Notes under the pieces: generated by a model
The model's input: the letters and a program-made list of their open reading frames with translations, nothing else
Databases searched by the model: none
What the model was told of the DNA's origin: nothing
Shown here: positions 58,301 to 64,000 of the stretch, piece after piece
Layout of the letters: the number at the start of each line of letters is the position of its first letter
Numbering within the stretch: position 1 is the stretch's first letter
Translations under genes and position numbers: made by a program
IMG/VR virus record: IMGVR_UViG_3300010348_001841
From: a virus
Lineage: Duplodnaviria > Caudoviricetes
DNA: 64,000 nt
Reading direction: 5' to 3' (one strand)

Positions 58301-61300
58301 TTGAATCTGTAAAATCGGGCTATTTTAGACAGACAAGATATTCAATTGAAGAATTTCTTGATATTACTGAATCTTATATTAACAAATGGTCTGCAAAAAA
58401 TAAAGCAAATTACAGAGTAAATGAATTTGCTAAATTTGCACCTACAACGCCGTTATCGGAGTTGTGGAAACTCTACAACTATACAGATGCAGAAGACGTA
58501 AACGGAAATAAACTAAATCTTCCCGGTAACTGGAAAGGCATTTTCCAATATTACTACGATACCTATTCTCCCGATACTCGTCCGTGGGAAATGCTTGGAT
58601 TTAGCCAAGAACCATCTTGGTGGGTTTCTCAGTACGGCACAAATTGGTCATCAACAAATGCTGCACTATGGGCAGACCTTGAGGCAGGTATTATCCGTCA
58701 AGGACCATCGGCAATTTTTGATCCAATTACCTTGCAACCACAACCTCAGGAAATGTGGGCTCGCCCTGGATTGTCGGCAATTATTCCTGTCGATGCTCTT
58801 GGACAGATTATTCCTGTTACAACACTATTTGGTGTTGCCACATCGGGTAATCCGTATGCACCGTTTGATGGATTTGATAAAGACTGGGTTTACGGTGACG
58901 GTGGGCCAGTTGAACAAGTTTGGATGTCGTCTTCTGCATATCCATTTAGTGTGCAAGAATTCTTATATCTAATGAGACCGGGCCCATTTGGTGAATATCT
59001 CTGGGATACAATCGGTACTGAGCTCTCGCCTGGTATGCTAACAGTGCCCGGCGTGGATAGCCCTGTACAATCAAATACAAACTGGCAATATGTTCAAAAT
59101 GACAATTATACAAATTCAGATCCATTCTTTGCATGGATGCGTCCAAAGAATGCCGATCAGGTAGTTCATGCCGAATCTATTGATGGAGAAATTCAAGTAA
59201 AATTTGGATATCAACGCTGGATCAGTGATAGAATTTTATTCTTAGGGAAAGACGTTGGTACTACATTCGGCCAGAAGGTAAGGACCTTAGAAGTAAATCT
59301 AGCAAATAAATTAGCAGGCTTTACAAATAAAGACACAACCAACATCTATATTGAATCGGTAACACCGGGTGCCAGCACGTCAAATCTTATTGTTCCTACA
59401 AACAATTTTGATGTGAAACTATATAAGGGACAGCCTGTCAAGACATACGCATACAGCGGCGTAGTAATTAGGGCGCTAGTTGACGGAACTTTTGCTGTCT
59501 ATGGATACGATTTACTGAATTCTGAATTTATTGTACTAGACAGATCTAACGAAAAGAATATTGACGTTACAATCGGCGGAACACCTGCTGAGTTTCAATA
59601 TTTTACACCTGGACAGACCTATAACCCCGGCGATATTGTTCGATACAACGGCGTTTATTATCTAAGTCAGGGTACACAGACTCCTCAAAAATTTGATCCT
59701 GCTGCTTGGCAGAAGCTAAAGGCATTACCAATAATCGGTGGTATTTCTGTAAACTACAGACCAGTTTCTCTAGAATCCTATACAAAAGTGCCTTACGGAA
59801 CAATTCTCAAGTCGCCTCAAGAAGTGTTTGACCTTCTTATTGGTTGGGGTGCATACCTCGAAACACAAGGTTGGAAATTTGAGGATGTAAATACCGATAC
59901 AAATCAAATTAGCGATTGGCTATATTCTGCAAAACAATTCCTATTCTGGCTAAACACAAATTGGGCGCCGGATGCATCTATACAGTTGAGCCCGGCAGCC
60001 AACAGATGCACACTTGTTGTTGAAGCAGGATACCCCGATGATGTCGAATCTATTTCAAATGGCGTCTACAGTATTCTTGACAAATACGGCGTTGCAATAG
60101 CACCTAACAACACCATGACTGATAGAGATGGCCCTGCCATTTCTGTCGAACCAAGTAATTTGGCCGCCGGTGGAATTTATTTCTTGCAGGTAAATGCATC
60201 AGAGACGGAACACGTATTGATTTTTGATAATGTCACAAGTTTCAATGATGTGCTTTATAGCCCATTGTTGCGTGCAAGGCAACAACGCTTGCGTTTCTAT
60301 GGATTTAGAAGCAATGGCTGGTATGGAAAAATGGAAGCACCTGGTTATCTAATTATCGATAATCAGCTTGTACCAAACTTCGATACAATTGTCGACGAAA
60401 TGCGTTATTACTACGATCCGGACGTAACAATTGATAACCCAAGTCTTGAAGACCTCGGTAGACACCTCATTGGTTACGAAAGCAAAAACTATCTCGATAA
60501 CCTGCAGGTATCAAACGATGTACAATACCTATTCTACCAAGGTGCAATAAGACAGAAGGGAACTATTCAGGCACTTGATAAGTTGTTTAGATCTACAAAG
60601 GTACAAAGCAACGAAACAATTCAGGTATTTGAAGAGTGGGCACTAAAATTAGGCGATTTCGGTAATACAGTCGAACAGGTGTCAACTGAATTTATTTTGC
60701 GTCCGGAACAAAATGCCGGTGAAGTAATTGTTTCTAGATTGAATTTTGTTCCATCGCCAATTGGATTTGTAAAACAGATCAATATCTTGAATTCTGAAAA
60801 CACATATCAAAATGTGCCTAAAGTCGTAATTTCAATGCCAGATGTTGATCCGTTGGATCCAAATTTGACAGATATACCGAGAATAGCAAAAGCATATGCA
60901 GTGCTGGATGCATTAGGCCGTGTTTCGAGAATTGATATAACTGATCCGGGGTATGGTTACACATCGGCACCAAGCGTAACGCTAGACTCGGGTGCTGAGC
61001 CTAATAACCTTGACAAATTCTATGCAGTATGGCAGGGCTCTATTGTAAGAGATCCTACACTCGAAAATATTGTAGAAATTGATATTGACGATACAGAAAA
61101 ATGGATTGTTAGACCAACTGATCCAGAATTTTCTCTAGAATTTCCTACAACAAATCTAATCGATTATCCGATGCCTAACGCCGGATATATAAATTTCAAC
61201 GATGTAGATTGGTATTCGTTCGATGTTGATCAAACAGTCCTTTCCTGGGGAAATACTTCTCTAAATCCTATCAAGGATCAATCAGTTTGGATTGCAAAAA

Positions 61301-64000
61301 CATGGACAGAAGATTGGGCAGTTTACAAAATGTTCGACGTCACATCTTCTTCTGGCTTTGATGTCATTGAGGGTGCAAATGGTCTACAACTAAGAACAGA
61401 CCCTTCGTATCTCATCACTCCGGAATTTTCAACAAGCGGAAATACAACAGATTTTGGAAATCTTATTACATTGTACATCAATGAAGCACAGGCTACAGCA
61501 ACGGTTTCGGCAGGAAGTGTCTCATCCTTGACTATTACAAAGACAGGTATAAATTATTCTTCTGTCCCCGAAGTAACAATTACAGGAGATGGTATTGGTG
61601 CAACAGCAATTGCGCTTATTGCTGGCGGTCAAGTTTCTGATCTCATCATCACAAATCCGGGTTCCGGATATACATTTGCAAATGTGACAATCACACCACC
61701 GGGCTCTGTGTTGGGAGAAGGAAATTATTGTGTTGCATTTGAGTTCAATCAAAATGATACAAATACAGATCCTACACATAATTATTATGATTTGTTGACA
61801 TTAGACGGAACACCAATTTCGGCAACAGATATTTCTAACTACCCAAATTTTACAAATCTCTGTTTGTTCAAGACGCTAAGATTCGAAACTGAGCCTGCAC
61901 CTGGCACACCTTCGTATGTGACCGTAGGTGATCGTATCTGGGTCGATAATGTTTCGAATAAATGGGAAGTTTTTGATGTAATTACACCTACAATTTCTAT
62001 CCCATCGGGTCACCAACCACTACGTGTACAGGGCCCGATGATTGATACCTTCTTATTCCAGAGTGCAGAAGTATTCAACGCTAGAACAAGAACCGAGCTT
62101 GTAAGATTGCCTGTCTATGACCCATTCAAGGATATACTACCGGGACTTGCAAAACAGAATATCACATATATTTCTATGCAGGATCCTGCACGTTATAATG
62201 TGTCTGGTAATACAAGACTATTCAGTGAAAATATTACCTTTGGAGAAGCACAGGTAGGTAAACTCTGGTGGGATACATCAAACACCAGATATGTATATTA
62301 CGAACAACCACAGGCGCTAAATGGCTCCGAAACTTCTACAGACAATCTTGTTTACAGAAGAGATCATTGGGGTCAACTATTCCCCGGTAGTGCTGTAGAA
62401 ATTTATGAGTGGACAAAGAGTTCTGTGCCACCTGCTGAATATACAGGTACCGGGACACCACGTAGTACAACCGAATATGTTCAAATTGTAACCTCTAACA
62501 GATTCACGAACATACAAGAAGTGAATTACTATTTCTGGGTCCTGACCCCTACCGATAAACCTAATATCGAAAATAGGACAATGGCGGCGCTTGATGTTGC
62601 AAGACTGTTGCAGAATCCTAAGGGACAAGGATTTGCATTCTTTGCGCCAATACAACAAACCAGTAATAATAATTCATACATGTTCTACAATGTGCAAGAA
62701 ATTCTTGCATATCAGGGCGACAACATTCAAATCAAATATCGCATTGGCCTCAGAGACGACCAAGAGCATACTCAATGGAAATTTTTCAGAGAGGGTGATC
62801 CTGCATCAATTGTTACCGATCAATATTGGAATAAACTTGTCGATAGCTTGTGCGGATATACAAAGGTATTGCCACCAAGTAATGAATGGAGCAACAGTAT
62901 CTTTGTAGGTAGCGATTTGCCGTGGGACATCTATGGCTGGGACATTGCACCATGGGACGATGCAACTGATACAAATTCGGCCATTTACGGTGAAATTTTA
63001 CCAGTGCCAGATCCTGCCCTAAGCAGCGCCGAGAAGTATGGTATTCAATATCGTCCAAGACAGGGGATGTTTGTAGATATCTATGCGGCAAGAAAAATCT
63101 TTGTTCAAGCCGGAAATAGCTTGTTGAAGCACATTCCTATTAGGGATGATAACCCAAGTTGGAATACAGGTGTTTCGACAGACATCTATTGGACCTATAC
63201 CACATGGTATGAAGTGGGTTACGAAAATGTTACACCTACTGTTGTATTTGCAACATTGAGTGCAGCAAATGCAGCACTTGTCGCAGGAGAACTAACCAAC
63301 GGCACAATAGTACAGGTAACCAACGGAACACCGGATAATAGATTTGTAATGTATGCAGTCGAACAATTGAACCCAAATATTCCTACACAAAGTTTCAAGG
63401 AAGTGGCAATTGAGAACAGCGCAATCAAATTGCTTGATACAATCTATACCACAAAAAATCTATATGGATTATCTGTAGAAATACGAGAACTTATGAATGC
63501 CTTTAGGACTCAGGTATTCATCAATGACAACATTGTTGATCAGAATGAATTGTATTTCTCAATGCTCAATTATGTTTTGAGTGAACAGAAAGATCCTGAC
63601 TGGGTATTCAAATCTTCATATATCTATGTCAAGGAAAATAATATTCCGTTGACACAAGATCCGTTGTATATTCCAGATCAAATCGACAATATCATCGAGT
63701 ACATTATGGATGCAAAACCATATCATACTCAGATCCGTGATTATACAAGTACATACCTGACATCGGATATCGCTATAGGTACAGCATCTGATTCTTACCT
63801 TGGTAAATTTACACTAACCTTTGGCCCTCAAACCTTTACCGGCCCGGATTATGAAGAAAATCTCCTTGATGCGATGGCTGGCTGGGATTTGAATCAAGGT
63901 CAATTCACATCACCGTGGGATACCTTCAATTGGGACACATACAATATTGCCGATGTAATAGACCAATTTATTTCAAGAAATCCTGTATTGCCTGCCTATA
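55357..64000 (+). CDS. Giant virion structural protein (>2880 aa, runs off the window end), probably a baseplate wedge (gp7-like) protein
   Basis: Absent from the track, presumably because no stop falls inside the window. ATG 55357 gives MTQFVKKLPAVFQTVTEKKFFDATFDQ...; the frame read open at each spot check to the last line (...DQFISRNPVLPAY); follows gp6. Confidence 0.85.
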   Translation, partial: MTQFVKKLPAVFQTVTEKKFFDATFDQIFSKKDSDLLSGYLGRRVPGQYKPITDFYLPEPSKDRTWWQLEATAFARDEDTTKTNILFYQDLLNRIEYYGGNTLNQDRLFESEYYSWAPPIDFDMFINYQNYYWIEQGLVTITITGVMGSDIIGQPSYTTPGTATPANLTLTTGMKIILTDDPAYQEPHTVENIGNCIGIRLVPQFPDFTAGTIFEFLPWDGTLELANGRTIINTNWDVQSWDTQAQPGNADYITIERGSVDRNPWSRTNKWFHIEAINATVQATGTPFPTNASRALRPIIQFTADLELYKSGTQFLSNISYGIRDDVFGNPILLSTYQGQTVNFVDAGLDISIQDGDLVVFMNDETLSGNPPYLVNQYVYLVSISAGIVTFSPYTSFATPVVDGDIVFVQFDAGFDGTQRGQTWYYDNAVWQQAYNDKVSTNQPPLFQLYDHSEIPLDDPIKYPNSNFRGNKIFSYKVNDEPGATVDPVLKFPLVYTSLGQASDIVFQNNLITDRYVYGNNLLPIDGYYYYTNYEGIVYYNSWNLYSPCPCDDIVPPPPCNCLETSKQRVIDRYVVGYGASYQFKLSVEPYGYPASPDLIVSVNSTEIKSAAEQVNGYTFVVINNSIYVDLSAYLSNLLLTTQSQPPVVEIATYTQGLLDPAATGYYEIPQQLEANPSNEEIGEISASNLIEQFSSIISNQIGFTGSPFGGGNNYRDSRKNRSLGAFILQNTAPLLKTMLISSSDDLDFIAGVRFSQDEYTKFKNKYARTALQLINQGFNPVQYQNNTIVVSAWVEEILKIVNVSKEFSNAFAYSYMIANGSSFANETLTVPLSGLVTLTNYVDLADPKNALYIYDQTGQERLLLIGVDYEIVSTNLSIDIQFNIGTNVNVGDTIFVAFYKNPLPAYIPSTPTKVGAYGAYIPRIELDESYAIPTNVIIGHDGSKTIAYGDYRDQLILELEKRIYNLLQYRFRNQYALPLRLESVKSGYFRQTRYSIEEFLDITESYINKWSAKNKANYRVNEFAKFAPTTPLSELWKLYNYTDAEDVNGNKLNLPGNWKGIFQYYYDTYSPDTRPWEMLGFSQEPSWWVSQYGTNWSSTNAALWADLEAGIIRQGPSAIFDPITLQPQPQEMWARPGLSAIIPVDALGQIIPVTTLFGVATSGNPYAPFDGFDKDWVYGDGGPVEQVWMSSSAYPFSVQEFLYLMRPGPFGEYLWDTIGTELSPGMLTVPGVDSPVQSNTNWQYVQNDNYTNSDPFFAWMRPKNADQVVHAESIDGEIQVKFGYQRWISDRILFLGKDVGTTFGQKVRTLEVNLANKLAGFTNKDTTNIYIESVTPGASTSNLIVPTNNFDVKLYKGQPVKTYAYSGVVIRALVDGTFAVYGYDLLNSEFIVLDRSNEKNIDVTIGGTPAEFQYFTPGQTYNPGDIVRYNGVYYLSQGTQTPQKFDPAAWQKLKALPIIGGISVNYRPVSLESYTKVPYGTILKSPQEVFDLLIGWGAYLETQGWKFEDVNTDTNQISDWLYSAKQFLFWLNTNWAPDASIQLSPAANRCTLVVEAGYPDDVESISNGVYSILDKYGVAIAPNNTMTDRDGPAISVEPSNLAAGGIYFLQVNASETEHVLIFDNVTSFNDVLYSPLLRARQQRLRFYGFRSNGWYGKMEAPGYLIIDNQLVPNFDTIVDEMRYYYDPDVTIDNPSLEDLGRHLIGYESKNYLDNLQVSNDVQYLFYQGAIRQKGTIQALDKLFRSTKVQSNETIQVFEEWALKLGDFGNTVEQVSTEFILRPEQNAGEVIVSRLNFVPSPIGFVKQINILNSENTYQNVPKVVISMPDVDPLDPNLTDIPRIAKAYAVLDALGRVSRIDITDPGYGYTSAPSVTLDSGAEPNNLDKFYAVWQGSIVRDPTLENIVEIDIDDTEKWIVRPTDPEFSLEFPTTNLIDYPMPNAGYINFNDVDWYSFDVDQTVLSWGNTSLNPIKDQSVWIAKTWTEDWAVYKMFDVTSSSGFDVIEGANGLQLRTDPSYLITPEFSTSGNTTDFGNLITLYINEAQATATVSAGSVSSLTITKTGINYSSVPEVTITGDGIGATAIALIAGGQVSDLIITNPGSGYTFANVTITPPGSVLGEGNYCVAFEFNQNDTNTDPTHNYYDLLTLDGTPISATDISNYPNFTNLCLFKTLRFETEPAPGTPSYVTVGDRIWVDNVSNKWEVFDVITPTISIPSGHQPLRVQGPMIDTFLFQSAEVFNARTRTELVRLPVYDPFKDILPGLAKQNITYISMQDPARYNVSGNTRLFSENITFGEAQVGKLWWDTSNTRYVYYEQPQALNGSETSTDNLVYRRDHWGQLFPGSAVEIYEWTKSSVPPAEYTGTGTPRSTTEYVQIVTSNRFTNIQEVNYYFWVLTPTDKPNIENRTMAALDVARLLQNPKGQGFAFFAPIQQTSNNNSYMFYNVQEILAYQGDNIQIKYRIGLRDDQEHTQWKFFREGDPASIVTDQYWNKLVDSLCGYTKVLPPSNEWSNSIFVGSDLPWDIYGWDIAPWDDATDTNSAIYGEILPVPDPALSSAEKYGIQYRPRQGMFVDIYAARKIFVQAGNSLLKHIPIRDDNPSWNTGVSTDIYWTYTTWYEVGYENVTPTVVFATLSAANAALVAGELTNGTIVQVTNGTPDNRFVMYAVEQLNPNIPTQSFKEVAIENSAIKLLDTIYTTKNLYGLSVEIRELMNAFRTQVFINDNIVDQNELYFSMLNYVLSEQKDPDWVFKSSYIYVKENNIPLTQDPLYIPDQIDNIIEYIMDAKPYHTQIRDYTSTYLTSDIAIGTASDSYLGKFTLTFGPQTFTGPDYEENLLDAMAGWDLNQGQFTSPWDTFNWDTYNIADVIDQFISRNPVLPAY

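Noticed and set aside
55864-63428. Short track ORFs in the last 8.6 kb
   Set aside because: All lie within, or antisense to, the giant frame-1 ORF starting at 55357.
1-64000. Alternative genetic code (stop-codon reassignment, seen in some jumbo phages)
   Set aside because: Conserved genes are full length under the standard code and coding density is high.

Overview
A 64 kb segment of a large T4-like (myovirus) jumbo-phage genome. Gene order and motifs resemble the Rak2/GAP32/Atu_ph07-type group; this is an inference and no search was run. 1-27.4 kb is a mostly minus-strand array of Thr/Gly/Ser-rich fibre genes and lectin/adhesin genes, interrupted by neck gp14, tail terminator gp15 and a NUDIX gene. 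28-36 kb holds the head module (gp23 capsid, scaffold, gp21 protease, gp20 portal) and a tape-measure-like gene. 36-44 kb holds a gp26-like hub chaperone, a ~730 bp structured non-coding region, a GH108 lysozyme, a Holliday-junction resolvase, gp46/gp47 and the late sigma gp55. 44-64 kb is the baseplate module (gp48-like, gp53, hub, gp5-lysozyme, gp25, gp6) followed by a >2880-aa structural ORF that the ORF track misses. Three free-standing homing endonucleases are present, and a late promoter motif (G/A/C)ATAAATA precedes most structural genes. Four signals stand out. (1) A canonical -1 ribosomal frameshift cassette (A_AAT_TTT plus stem-loop) joins gp26 to a start-less gp51-like ORF, a lambda G/GT-type arrangement in a T4-like phage. 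(2) A ~0.55-0.75 kb element has many helices whose G.U pairs work only on the minus strand (candidate large ncRNA or origin primer RNA). (3) In a recurring architecture the late promoter sits inside a hairpin that masks the RBS/start codon on read-through mRNA. (4) gp15 needs a -1 slip at a U7 run to make its conserved N-terminus. No tRNA, rRNA, CRISPR array or reverse transcriptase was seen.
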